A stretch of DNA of 64,000 bases from an uncultured Bacteroides sp. (GTDB lineage Bacteria; Bacteroidota; Bacteroidia; Bacteroidales; Bacteroidaceae). Within the stretch, counting starts at the first letter, position 1; every line of letters begins with the position of its first letter. The position numbers and the translations under genes are program-made. Under the pieces are notes generated by a model that was not told where the DNA came from, did no database searches, and worked only from the letters and a program-made list of their open reading frames with translations. Positions 20,916 to 31,296 of the stretch are shown piece after piece. The stretch covers positions 1,693 to 65,692 of the forward strand of contig CAAFUN010000147.1 of assembly GCA_900766195.1 (NCBI GenBank), given 5' to 3'.

Positions 20916-23171
20916 TCAATCTACCACCTTAAAAGAAATTTCTTCTCCTGATTGGCTATCTGGAGCCACCCAAAGAGAGAAATCTCCCGGTTCCACTATT
21001 TTATTCATATCAATATCCCAAAAAGCCAATTCGCTCACAGGAAGTTCGAATGTCACATTTTTCTTCTCTCCCGGTTTTAATGAGATACGTGTAAAGCGTT
21101 TCAATTCTTTCACCGGACGTGTTACCGATCCTACTTTATCTCTGACATATAGTTGTGCCACTTCGGTAGCCTCATACTTCCCTGTATTCTCTAAATCAAA
21201 AGTGACTTTCAGTACATCATCATCCTTCAAAGAAGTAGAGGAAAGTTTCACATTACTATATTTGAAGGTAGTGTAAGACAGTCCGTAACCAAACGGGAAC
21301 AAGGGTTCAAATCCCGCATCAAGATAATAGGAACGACAACCATTGGAAGTCTGTCCAGCATTGATAGGAATATCTTTCAACAACACTTCATCACGGGTAG
21401 CTGGTCGGCCAGTGTTGTTATGGGCATAATAAATAGGAATCTGTCCCACTTCTTTGGGGAACGTAACCGGTGTTTTCCCACTCGGTACAGCCTTACCCCA
21501 AAGCAAATCAGCCAAAGCCGGACCTCCCATTGTGCCGGGATGAAAAGAATAAAGCACGGCAGCCGATTGCTCTACTTCCTTACCAATAGTCAATGGACGC
21601 CCTGCCATAACCACTGTCACTACAGGTTTGCCTGTCTTAGCCAAAGCTGCAATCAGTGCACTCTGATCTCCTTGAAGATTTAAATCAGCCAAACAATGTG
21701 CCTCTCCCGAAAGAATGGCCTCTTCGCCCACAAAAGCAAGAATAACGTCAGCACGTGATGCCGCTGCCACCGCTTTAGCCACGCCAGTCTGGTTTGTCTC
21801 GCGGCTGTACGTCAATCCCGGTTCATAAATCACCTGTACCTTATCACCAACCAACTGTTTAATAGCAGTAAGAGGAGTAACTGTATGAGTCTTGTCACCA
21901 TCAAACACCCACGTTCCCATCTGCTCATAAGGAGCATCTGCCATAGGGCCAACAATAGCAACCGACTTAACAGAAGCTTGCAAAGGCAATACTTGTTTGT
22001 CATTCTTCAATAGAATGGCAGATTCAACAGCAGCTTGTTTGGCAGCTTCCAGATGAGAAGGTGCATACAGCACGGACGGCTTCTTTTCGTCCACATAAGG
22101 ATTATCAAACAGACCTAAGCGGAACTTTACTCGTAAAATATTACGCACAGCATCGTCAATAGTTGATTCTTTCACCTTACCATCTTTAATCAAGCCTGGC
22201 AACTCCTTTATAAAGGAATAGCTCACCATCTCCATATTCACTCCGGCATTTACTGCTTTCATTGCCGCTTCGTGCGCATCGGCCGCAAAGCCATGCTCTA
22301 TCATTTCGGTAGTCGAAGCCCAATCCGTCACAACAAAACCATCAAAGCCCCATTCTTTTCGAAGAACTTGCTTCAAGATAAAAGCATTACCTGTGGAAGG
22401 CACGCCGTCATTATCATTAAAAGAAGTCATAAATGTAGCTACACCGGCATTAGCTGCTGCCTCAAAAGGAGGCAGATACACCTGGCGCAAACGACGTTCA
22501 GGGATAAATGTGGAATTATAGTCACGTCCACCTTCAGCAGCACCGTAGCCTACAAAATGCTTGGCACACGCAGCAATTGAGGTTGGACTATTCAACGAAT
22601 CATTCTGAAATCCACGCACCATAGCAACTCCCATCACTGAAGTGAGGTATGTATCCTCACCGCAACCTTCGGCAATGCGTCCCCAACGCGGATCTCGCGC
22701 AATGTCAATCATTGGAGCAAACGTCCATCGAATACCTACGGAAGAGGCCTCAACAGCAGCTACGCGCGCACCGTCATGAGCCACTTGCGGATCAAATGAA
22801 GCAGCCTGTCCCAACGGAATAGGGAAAATTGTTTTAAAGCCGTGAATTACATCTCGGGCCATCAGTAACGGAATGCCCAAACGGGATTCTTCCATTGCCA
22901 CATGCTGCAGCGCATTAATTCGAATCGGATCCACCTCATTCAAAATGGAACCCACCTCACCTTTCTTTATCAAGGCCCTCATATCTTCTATATTTCCATA
23001 AGAAGAAATCTGATTCATTTGGCCTATCTTTTCTTCCAAAGTCATTTTGGTAAGAATTGCTTCCACTCTTTTCTCGATTGCAGCATCTTGTTTAGTCTCC
23101 GCTGTCTGCTTTCCACAAGAAGCAAGTGGAAGTAATAATAAACAAGCAGAGAAAATTTTCATCAATTTCAT
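20916..23171 (-). CDS. GH3 beta-glucosidase (BglX-like) lipoprotein
   Basis: Lipobox LASC; DVIHG, RDPRWGR, CAKHF, nucleophile in VVTDW, FPFGYGLSYT, Fn3-like C-terminus. Confidence 0.95.
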   Translation of the reverse strand: MKLMKIFSACLLLLPLASCGKQTAETKQDAAIEKRVEAILTKMTLEEKIGQMNQISSYGNIEDMRALIKKGEVGSILNEVDPIRINALQHVAMEESRLGIPLLMARDVIHGFKTIFPIPLGQAASFDPQVAHDGARVAAVEASSVGIRWTFAPMIDIARDPRWGRIAEGCGEDTYLTSVMGVAMVRGFQNDSLNSPTSIAACAKHFVGYGAAEGGRDYNSTFIPERRLRQVYLPPFEAAANAGVATFMTSFNDNDGVPSTGNAFILKQVLRKEWGFDGFVVTDWASTTEMIEHGFAADAHEAAMKAVNAGVNMEMVSYSFIKELPGLIKDGKVKESTIDDAVRNILRVKFRLGLFDNPYVDEKKPSVLYAPSHLEAAKQAAVESAILLKNDKQVLPLQASVKSVAIVGPMADAPYEQMGTWVFDGDKTHTVTPLTAIKQLVGDKVQVIYEPGLTYSRETNQTGVAKAVAAASRADVILAFVGEEAILSGEAHCLADLNLQGDQSALIAALAKTGKPVVTVVMAGRPLTIGKEVEQSAAVLYSFHPGTMGGPALADLLWGKAVPSGKTPVTFPKEVGQIPIYYAHNNTGRPATRDEVLLKDIPINAGQTSNGCRSYYLDAGFEPLFPFGYGLSYTTFKYSNVKLSSTSLKDDDVLKVTFDLENTGKYEATEVAQLYVRDKVGSVTRPVKELKRFTRISLKPGEKKNVTFELPVSELAFWDIDMNKIVEPGDFSLWVAPDSQSGEEISFKVVD

Positions 23172-23182
23172 AACTTTATACC

Positions 23183-24541
23183 TTATTTTTTTTGAAACAC
23201 ACGCACATAATCTACTTTCATCGTTATAGGTAACGCACTCTCATCAACGCCGTTCATACCACCCCAAGATCCGCCCCATGCCAAATTTAGAATAGGATAG
23301 AAATTGTAGGTAAACGGCCAGACATCTTTACCGGTACCTTCGTTGTTGAACGTCATCAACACTTTACCATCCACAAAGAATTTCAGGTAGTCGGGTGTCC
23401 ACTCACATGCATAAATATGATATTCCGACTCAGCCGTACCGATATTACGCTTCTCCGTCTTCTGCGTATTCAACACATGATTATACTTTTTAGTATGGAT
23501 GGAAGAGGATACCTCATTTGGCACTGCGCCAACTTCCTCCATAATATCAATCTCACCACAGTCCGGCCACGGATTTTTCGTAAAGTCATTATTGGCAGGC
23601 ATCATCCAGAAAGCAGGCCACGTCCCTTTACCTTTCGGAAGTAAAATACGAGCCTCGAAATATCCATAAAGCCATCCTGTATTTACTTTAGCATAAACAC
23701 GTCCTGAATAAATCTTACCGTCGGAACCTTTGAAACAGTTTATACTCAATTTTCCGTCTACCAACTCCGTCACACGTTTGCCATCCGCCGAACCGTTTAC
23801 ATAGGTCTGAAGTTCATTATTTACCCAACCTGCTTTTTGAACTTCGTGCGTCCAATCGCTGCTAAGAACCGTTCCTTCATTAAATTCATCGTGCCAAACC
23901 AGATGATAACCATCAGGCGTATTGACTTCACTATCTTCTACTGATTCCTGCTGCACATTAACAGTTAGTTTCTGTCCATCAGCAGATACCTCCAACGAGC
24001 CTGTTCTTCCTTTTTTATCACTATTCGGATCAGTAGTTACAGAGATGGTGGTTTTATCTGTTTTTATAGCTTTTATCCATGTATCATTAGATTTCACACT
24101 CCAATCATCCGTAGCAGTTACCGTCAAAGTAAGCGTCTCACCTTTAGAATTGGAATAAAGCATTGTTTTTGATACTTGAAGTGGCCATTCCTGTATTATG
24201 GGTATGACCAGCCTCTTGCTTCCCGCCTTTATAATAACAGAGCCATTACGGATGGTTGTGCTTTTATTTGCATCCACGGTAACAATTACTGTCCCTTGAT
24301 TACTTAACGAACCTGTTGTTTTTACAGAAACCCAAGCATTAGAGTCATCACTTGGAACAGATGTCCATTCTCCACAACTACAAGTCACATTCAATGTATA
24401 CACTCCACCTGTAGCGGATGCTGTCACTTTCTCTGGAGAGCACTTCAATATTTCGTCCTCAATTGGAGTATTCTCAGGAGAATCATTGCTACAAGATATA
24501 AACAGCAACAGAAAAAGTTGTATGATATTCAAATACTTCAT
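23183..24541 (-). CDS. GH16 endo-beta-1,3-glucanase (laminarinase-type) lipoprotein with two BACON domains
   Basis: Lipobox FISC; WHDEF, GTWPAFWM, catalytic GEIDIME, VDYVRVFQ. Confidence 0.92.
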   Translation of the reverse strand: MKYLNIIQLFLLLFISCSNDSPENTPIEDEILKCSPEKVTASATGGVYTLNVTCSCGEWTSVPSDDSNAWVSVKTTGSLSNQGTVIVTVDANKSTTIRNGSVIIKAGSKRLVIPIIQEWPLQVSKTMLYSNSKGETLTLTVTATDDWSVKSNDTWIKAIKTDKTTISVTTDPNSDKKGRTGSLEVSADGQKLTVNVQQESVEDSEVNTPDGYHLVWHDEFNEGTVLSSDWTHEVQKAGWVNNELQTYVNGSADGKRVTELVDGKLSINCFKGSDGKIYSGRVYAKVNTGWLYGYFEARILLPKGKGTWPAFWMMPANNDFTKNPWPDCGEIDIMEEVGAVPNEVSSSIHTKKYNHVLNTQKTEKRNIGTAESEYHIYACEWTPDYLKFFVDGKVLMTFNNEGTGKDVWPFTYNFYPILNLAWGGSWGGMNGVDESALPITMKVDYVRVFQKK

Positions 24542-24678
24542 CTAATATTTCTTTTTAATGTAATTTACTGGACTGCATACACATATCTATTCACAAATAT
24601 AATATTATTGGCAATCACAAAGAAATGATAATATTGTAGGAATGAAGAAATATTCTCCACTCCTACAATAAGTTAGTA

Positions 24679-26145
24679 TTATTTCGGATTATGCTTCTGA
24701 ATAATAATATCTTTAAGTTTTACTTCGACACCGGCAGGAGTACCACCTAAATCAATAATAAATTTAGCCTGATTAAAACTTGTCGGTTTCTTCTCACCAG
24801 TATCCATAGCCATCGTTTTTGCAAAACGAACAAGATTTTCACCACTTTTCAAAGCTACATCACTCTTGATGAAAAGAGAATTGGGATCACCTTTTACATC
24901 CGGATCTTTGTTTACCTTAACTGTTATTCTATCAATTGCTTGACTTGCTATCAATTTACAAGAAATATCATAATAAGCTTCAGCCTCAATCGGTAAAGAT
25001 ACTGTAGGAATAATACATTGTCCTTGCCATTCAGCAACAGTTGCATCTTTGGTCGTTATAGTATAGACCCCATTTGCATAAGAAAAATCAGGATCACCGA
25101 TTTGCTTCCAGTCAGAAGATGCAAACCAGAATGTCATGTCTCCTTTTGTGTTAAAACCAGCGCCAATATTGTCGGGTGAATCTACCGAGCACCAATTCAC
25201 TTTATCCGGATCGAACACCGTTACGGGATCTTCGCCGTTTATAAAAATAACCTGCCAACAAATACCTGGGAGCTGAATAACCCAAGTCATCGTTTTATCA
25301 TTTATATCTGTAACGAAGAATGTAACTGTACCGTTCATCTGTGTATCAGCTGCCATATATGGGAACAAAGTCTTGGCAGGCAACGTAACAGTGACACAAT
25401 TGTAGGTAGCATCATAACCTAACGCATAAGTAACGTTACTTAATGCACCGTTTACACCCACGCAAGGAACACTGTAATCTGAAGAAGCCCCTGTTACTCC
25501 AAGCTCAGTAACGCCCTTGTTACAAAATGTTAATCCATCTGTACCGGCATTATATTTATAAGCACCTTCCGAAGGTTTTGCACCTGCAGTAAAAGTAATT
25601 CGGTCATCGTATATACCTTCTTTAATCTTATCATTTGGAGCAGCTGCCCACCATCCTGACGGATTCTTCACACTTTCTCCGCAACTAAGGTGTTTAGGTA
25701 TAGAGCTGTAAACACGCCATTCCTTCGAAGCGTTACCGGTAAGGCTCTTCACGAACTTAGAAAAGTCATATCTTGTAGTATTAACAGTAAATGTCCCTTC
25801 TACACTACCATCGCTAATACCGTTTCTATTTCCTACACGTAATGTGTAAGAGTAGTTACCGGCAATAGTAATAACTTTAGTCTGATAGCCGTTAACCGTT
25901 GTTTTGACAACGGGAGTGACATTTATTTCCCAAATAGGATACACACCTTCAGGGCTCTTGCCTTCTTTATCTACGATGTTAAAAGTCGCAACATTCTTTT
26001 CTTGGTCTACCGTTACAACTGGCTTATAATTCGCCAATTTCGGCAATCCGGCTTGCGAGGCACCATCAAAATCTTCGGGCGAACATGCAGCCATTGCAAG
26101 ACCTGCAAGCAACATCCCAACCATATATTTAAATATATTTCTCAT
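24679..26145 (-). CDS. Surface glycan-binding lipoprotein (SGBP-B position)
   Basis: Start MRNIFK, lipobox MAAC; Trp-rich beta domains; lies between SusD and GH16. Confidence 0.75.
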   Translation of the reverse strand: MRNIFKYMVGMLLAGLAMAACSPEDFDGASQAGLPKLANYKPVVTVDQEKNVATFNIVDKEGKSPEGVYPIWEINVTPVVKTTVNGYQTKVITIAGNYSYTLRVGNRNGISDGSVEGTFTVNTTRYDFSKFVKSLTGNASKEWRVYSSIPKHLSCGESVKNPSGWWAAAPNDKIKEGIYDDRITFTAGAKPSEGAYKYNAGTDGLTFCNKGVTELGVTGASSDYSVPCVGVNGALSNVTYALGYDATYNCVTVTLPAKTLFPYMAADTQMNGTVTFFVTDINDKTMTWVIQLPGICWQVIFINGEDPVTVFDPDKVNWCSVDSPDNIGAGFNTKGDMTFWFASSDWKQIGDPDFSYANGVYTITTKDATVAEWQGQCIIPTVSLPIEAEAYYDISCKLIASQAIDRITVKVNKDPDVKGDPNSLFIKSDVALKSGENLVRFAKTMAMDTGEKKPTSFNQAKFIIDLGGTPAGVEVKLKDIIIQKHNPK

Positions 26146-26174
26146 ATTGTTTCTTCTTAATAAAGTTATCAAAA

Positions 26175-27731
26175 CTATTTATAATCATTTTGAACCAAAG
26201 CCCGGTCAGAATCCAACTCACCCTGTGCAATAGGAATATACTTCTTCTTAAGACTCCAAGAGTTTGTACGATAGCCGTAAGTATCTGGAATAAGTACTGT
26301 AGTTGCTTTGTTCTTAGCCGACGCTCCGTTGATTCCTTCAGCACGTACCAAATCCCAATAGCGCTTGCCTTCACCCACGAATTCCAAGTGGCGTTCAGTA
26401 AGGATATCATCCACAGTCACATTATCGAGTGCTGTCAAACCGGCACGAGTGTGCACCAAATTCAGCCAGGTCTTAGCTTCACCAGTACTGCTACCACCCG
26501 TACGAAGAGATAATTCGGCAGCATTAAGCAGTGTCTCTGCATAACGATAATAACGATAATTATTATTATAGTTCAAGTTCTGATCAAAAGGAGCACTCTT
26601 ATAATTTTTATCATATGGTCTGTATTTCTGCAACCAGATATGAGTATCTTGATAACGATTTGTATATTCTATACCACGAACATCCCAGCAAGTTGCAACA
26701 CGACGCTTATCTGTTGAAGCAAACATTTCATAGGTTTCAAGACGTACAGGTAGGAAACCCCAACCATCTCCTCCTTTGGACCAACCTGCATCACCAGGCC
26801 ATGAATTAGGAGAAATCAATGTTGGAAGTACAGTACCACCAACAGCCAACGGGCTTCCCCAACCACGTTCGGAATTAGCTTGGTCGTAATTAATTTCCCA
26901 AATAGATTCAGCACACCATTCGCCTGATGTTTCCCAAATATCAGCATAATTAGTATTCAGTTGATAGTGTGTCTCTGCAATTATTTCCTTCATATAGCCA
27001 AGGGCCTTTGAAAAGCGACTTTCATCATTCTGATACATCACCATTTCAGCATACATCATGTAAGCCATAGCTTGAGAAACACGACCACAGTTTTTATCAT
27101 CCCATGACATTGGCAATACCTTAGAACTAATCACAGCCTCCAATTCAGAGATCAATCGAGTATAAACATCGTCTGCTTTAAGCTGTGGTGCAGTATAGGG
27201 AGGCTTTTCAAGATTCTCTAGGTAGAAAGGTACATTTCCAAAATAATGCCACAACATGTTATAATAGAATACACGCAGACAGCGAGCTTGCATTTCATAA
27301 CTTTTGCTGTTTGTCTCTGTAAGATTATTCTTAGCCCATCCTAGATACTTCAATAAGTCATTACAGCGTTTAACACCTGAATAATCAACAGTCCAAAGAG
27401 AGCTAAGCGTATTATTCTCGTCACCCTCATAATTAAACAGTTTATGCCAGTTTTGCATATCGGTTTTGGTCTGGCCACCTACCCAGAAATTATCACCCAT
27501 AATCTCTGAATCAATGTTTAAGGCATTGTATTGATTCAATCCCCAGTCAGCCCAATGAATAGGATCATAGGCTGCAATCAAGGCTTCTTGAATATGAGCA
27601 TCAGTTGTATAATATTCTTCCAATGGCTCTCCTGTAGGATTCTGTACTTCAAGAAAGCTATCGCTACAGCTGGTAGTAAACATTGTTGCTGCGGCAAGCA
27701 GACCTATTGATAATATTTTATTTGTTTTCAT
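26175..27731 (-). CDS. SusD/RagB-family lipoprotein
   Basis: Lipobox TTSC; FGNVP, ESIWEI, RYAETLLNAAE, ERHLEFVGEGKRYWDLVR. Confidence 0.95.
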   Translation of the reverse strand: MKTNKILSIGLLAAATMFTTSCSDSFLEVQNPTGEPLEEYYTTDAHIQEALIAAYDPIHWADWGLNQYNALNIDSEIMGDNFWVGGQTKTDMQNWHKLFNYEGDENNTLSSLWTVDYSGVKRCNDLLKYLGWAKNNLTETNSKSYEMQARCLRVFYYNMLWHYFGNVPFYLENLEKPPYTAPQLKADDVYTRLISELEAVISSKVLPMSWDDKNCGRVSQAMAYMMYAEMVMYQNDESRFSKALGYMKEIIAETHYQLNTNYADIWETSGEWCAESIWEINYDQANSERGWGSPLAVGGTVLPTLISPNSWPGDAGWSKGGDGWGFLPVRLETYEMFASTDKRRVATCWDVRGIEYTNRYQDTHIWLQKYRPYDKNYKSAPFDQNLNYNNNYRYYRYAETLLNAAELSLRTGGSSTGEAKTWLNLVHTRAGLTALDNVTVDDILTERHLEFVGEGKRYWDLVRAEGINGASAKNKATTVLIPDTYGYRTNSWSLKKKYIPIAQGELDSDRALVQNDYK

Positions 27732-27752
27732 ATTATTACACATGTTTTTAAG

Positions 27753-30700
27753 TTAGAAAGTAACATTCACACCAACCGTATAAGTACGAGCCTGCGGATA
27801 AACACCACGGTCGATACCGAGAGATTTGATACCCGTAGGACCAGAAGATATTTCCGGATCAAATCCCCAATACTTGGTCCAAGTTATAAGGTTTTCAGCT
27901 TGTACATAGAAGCGCAGACGTTCTATTGTCAATTTACGAGTGAGGTTTTTGGGTAATGTATACCCCAAAGTGATGTTCTTTAAACGAAGATAGGATCCAT
28001 CACACACATAAAGGTCAGATACCAGCCAATTTGTTGCATTACCATCTACCAAGCGAGGATATTTATTGGATGTCCCTTCTCCGGTCCAACGTCCAAGCAT
28101 CCAAGAAGGATAATTAGCAGAAGAAATGTCTGAACGATAAGTAGCATCAAGGATATCAGCGCCTGATACACCTTGGAAAAAGACATTAAAGTCGAAACCT
28201 TTCCAATCAGCGTTAATGTTCAGTCCGAAAGTCCAGTCAGGAGTGCCGTTACCAATATTAGTACGGTCAGCGGATGAAATCAGTCCATCACCGTTTACGT
28301 CTACAAAACGGGTATCTCCGGGAACTGCATTTGGCATAATCATTTGACCTTCCTTGTTTACATAGGCACGAACTTCATCCATATTTTGAAAAACTCCTGC
28401 AGTCTTATATCCGAAGAAGTAAGGAAAAGGTTGACCATTCGAGCCGCGAGTGCCACCACCTGAGAGTCCTTGAATAGCATCAAAGTCCAAATATCCGGAG
28501 ACATTACCCAAGTTTTTTAACTTATTTTTAAGATAGGTAGCATTACCCTTTACAGCAAAGCGAGCATCAGCAACATTCCATTTATAGCCAAGTTCAAATT
28601 CAAAACCTTTATTCTCCATATCACCGACATTACCAAAAGGTTTATTCTCACCTACATAACTCGGGATAGGCATCTCAAGAATCATACCATTTGTTTTCTT
28701 GATGTAATAATCCGCGCTAAATGTCAAAGCATTATTAAAGAAACCCAAATCAATACCCAGATCGGTTTGTTCGCTCTCCTCCCACTTCAAATCAGGATTG
28801 GCTAAGCGTTCAGCTTTAGAACCATTAAACTTAATAGCCTCTTTACCGAAAAGCACATTATTACCCATAGCAGTAAGTGAAGTATAACCGAAATCTCCGA
28901 TATTATCATTACCATTCTTACCCCAACTGGCACGCAGTTTCAGGTTAGACAACCAATTACGTGTATCCGCCATGAACTCCTCATTCATCACATTCCAACC
29001 TACTGAAGCAGAAGGGAACGTACCATACACATGATTTGAGCCAAAACGGCTTGATCCATCACGACGAACAGTTGCTTGAAACATATAACGCTCTGCATAG
29101 TTATAATTCAGACGAGCAAAGAATGAAGACATCCGATGTTCTACTTTCGGAGCACCCGAAACATTATGCTGAACAGTAACACCTATAATTTTACCATCTT
29201 TATCTTTAATATATTCGAAGTTTCCTGTAGCATAATCAATTGAAGGTTTATTTGGATTAACCAAGTTCCAACGGCTTCCATTAAGGAAATCACTTTTAGA
29301 TTTAAATGCAGACTGCCCCAATACCACACCAAAGCTATGCTTTCCGATAGTTTTATCATAGGTCAAGGTGTTTTCAAGCTGCCAGGTTACGCCCTGCTCT
29401 TTACTGGCACTGGCGCTAGTATGTATAGTATTATTATTTCCGGAAAGGTAATAAAGCGTTTTTGTAGCACCATCATTACCCCAGAAGCCCATGTCGGCAC
29501 TATAATTGAAATGATATTTCAAATTATCCCACAACTGCAGGTCAATCGAAAACTTGGGAACAAATTTATGTGACCAATATCTTGTAGGATTCAGTGTCAT
29601 CATAGCTAACGGGTTGTTCATTTCCTGATAGGAACCTCGATAACCGGGAACTGTATAAGGATTACCATTCTTGTCACGAGGTAACTGATACGCAGAATAA
29701 AAATCAATCATCGCATTTGCTACATCTCCTGTTACTATAGGAGTCAGAATAGGAGACAAAGCTAATGCCGATCCCAAAGCAGAGCCATATTCTGAATTAG
29801 TAGAAATTCCAGTAGAATGCGTACGCATATAAGCGATATTAACTCCTAGGTCTAATTTATTAAGGAAACTACGTTCCTTTGAGGCATCAATTAAATTGTA
29901 CTGAGTATTTGAACGAATAGTCAAACGGTCATAGTTGGACTGTCCATAATTACCACCCACAATACCATCTTGTGAAAAATAGCCCAAAGAAAGATAGTAG
30001 TTTACCTTATCGGATGCACCGCTGATCGATACATCATGATTCATTACAGGAGCATTGTCATTGAAAACAAGATCCTGCCAATCCGTACCAAATCCCTTAA
30101 TCTCATTACCCATAATATCTTTCAAATGGTAAGGATCAGCATAAATGGGAGCACCACCACCATTCACCGACTTCTCGTTCTGTAAAATGGCATAATCCGT
30201 AGCACTTGTCACGTCACGTTTCTTCCATGCACTCTGCCAGCCATAAGAGAAGTTATAATTAATGTTGGCCTTACCAATCTTACCTTTTTTGGTTGTTACA
30301 AGAATAACGCCATTGGCAGCCCGTGCACCATAGATAGCACCGGAAGCAGCATCTTTCAATACTTCAATGGATTCAATATCGTTTGGATTTACAAAATCAA
30401 GTCCGCCCTCAATAGGCATACCATCTACAATATAAAGCGGATCGCTATTATTATAGGTACCGGTACCACGAATGCGTACGCGAGGACTATCACCCGGCTG
30501 ACCTGAAGCAGAAGTTACATTCACGCCTGCCGCAAGACCTTTCAAAGCATTATCCATACGAACGGGAGACTTCCCTACTAGATCATCAGCAGAAATCTTA
30601 GCTATTGCTGCTGTCACCACGCTTTTCTTTTGAACGCCATAACCCACAACAACAACTTCGTCCAATGTCTCGGAATCTTCTTGCAGAACAACTTTTATCT

Positions 30701-30974
30701 GGCGTTGTCCTCTTACCGAGACTTCTTGTGTTTTATAACCAATATAGGAAATAGTAAGAACAGCATTGGTAGGAACCGAAGATAACGTAAATTCTCCATC
30801 CAATCCCGTGATGGTTCCATTGGAAGAATTTCCTTTCACCACCACATTTACTCCGGGCAAAGGCTCGTTGTCCGAACCACTTACCACTGTACCTTTTACC
30901 GGTATGTTTTGAGCATGCACGGAAGCTAAAGTAAAGCTTAACAGAAATAATAATACTGATAACAACTTTTTCAT
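27753..30974 (-). CDS. SusC/RagA-family TonB-dependent transporter
   Basis: VVVGYGVQKK, KDAASGAIYGARAANGVILVTTK, RRDGSSRFG, YPQARTY...TF. Start placed at MKKLL (GTG at 31016 also possible). Confidence 0.97.
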   Translation of the reverse strand: MKKLLSVLLFLLSFTLASVHAQNIPVKGTVVSGSDNEPLPGVNVVVKGNSSNGTITGLDGEFTLSSVPTNAVLTISYIGYKTQEVSVRGQRQIKVVLQEDSETLDEVVVVGYGVQKKSVVTAAIAKISADDLVGKSPVRMDNALKGLAAGVNVTSASGQPGDSPRVRIRGTGTYNNSDPLYIVDGMPIEGGLDFVNPNDIESIEVLKDAASGAIYGARAANGVILVTTKKGKIGKANINYNFSYGWQSAWKKRDVTSATDYAILQNEKSVNGGGAPIYADPYHLKDIMGNEIKGFGTDWQDLVFNDNAPVMNHDVSISGASDKVNYYLSLGYFSQDGIVGGNYGQSNYDRLTIRSNTQYNLIDASKERSFLNKLDLGVNIAYMRTHSTGISTNSEYGSALGSALALSPILTPIVTGDVANAMIDFYSAYQLPRDKNGNPYTVPGYRGSYQEMNNPLAMMTLNPTRYWSHKFVPKFSIDLQLWDNLKYHFNYSADMGFWGNDGATKTLYYLSGNNNTIHTSASASKEQGVTWQLENTLTYDKTIGKHSFGVVLGQSAFKSKSDFLNGSRWNLVNPNKPSIDYATGNFEYIKDKDGKIIGVTVQHNVSGAPKVEHRMSSFFARLNYNYAERYMFQATVRRDGSSRFGSNHVYGTFPSASVGWNVMNEEFMADTRNWLSNLKLRASWGKNGNDNIGDFGYTSLTAMGNNVLFGKEAIKFNGSKAERLANPDLKWEESEQTDLGIDLGFFNNALTFSADYYIKKTNGMILEMPIPSYVGENKPFGNVGDMENKGFEFELGYKWNVADARFAVKGNATYLKNKLKNLGNVSGYLDFDAIQGLSGGGTRGSNGQPFPYFFGYKTAGVFQNMDEVRAYVNKEGQMIMPNAVPGDTRFVDVNGDGLISSADRTNIGNGTPDWTFGLNINADWKGFDFNVFFQGVSGADILDATYRSDISSANYPSWMLGRWTGEGTSNKYPRLVDGNATNWLVSDLYVCDGSYLRLKNITLGYTLPKNLTRKLTIERLRFYVQAENLITWTKYWGFDPEISSGPTGIKSLGIDRGVYPQARTYTVGVNVTF

Positions 30975-31059
30975 AAGTTTTAGTAATTTATGATTAACAA
31001 TTCTCTGTTTGTTCACTGTTGAACATTACAAACATAGATCATAATGAATAAAAAGAATG

Positions 31060-31175
31060 CAAAGATAGTATTCTAAAATACGTCAGACAAAAATTTCATG
31101 TACGTCATTACTACGTCACATAAAATTAAAACATTGATAATCAATAAATAAACCATACTTTATAGATATACGTCA
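31060..31175 (-). promoter_or_regulatory. PUL promoter with four TGACGTA direct repeats
   Basis: TATCTTTG -7 box at 31060-31067 (minus strand); tacgtca on + at 31079, 31101, 31112, 31169 (spacings 22, 11, 57). Confidence 0.7.
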
Positions 31176-31296
31176 CAACGCATTTGTAGCAGGATATAGA
31201 GAATTTACATTAAGAAAAAAGAAAATTCCTAAGAAGAGTTAATCAAGAAGAAAGATTTGGTAAGCTACAAATGTAAAAGATAACAATAGAAGAAAG

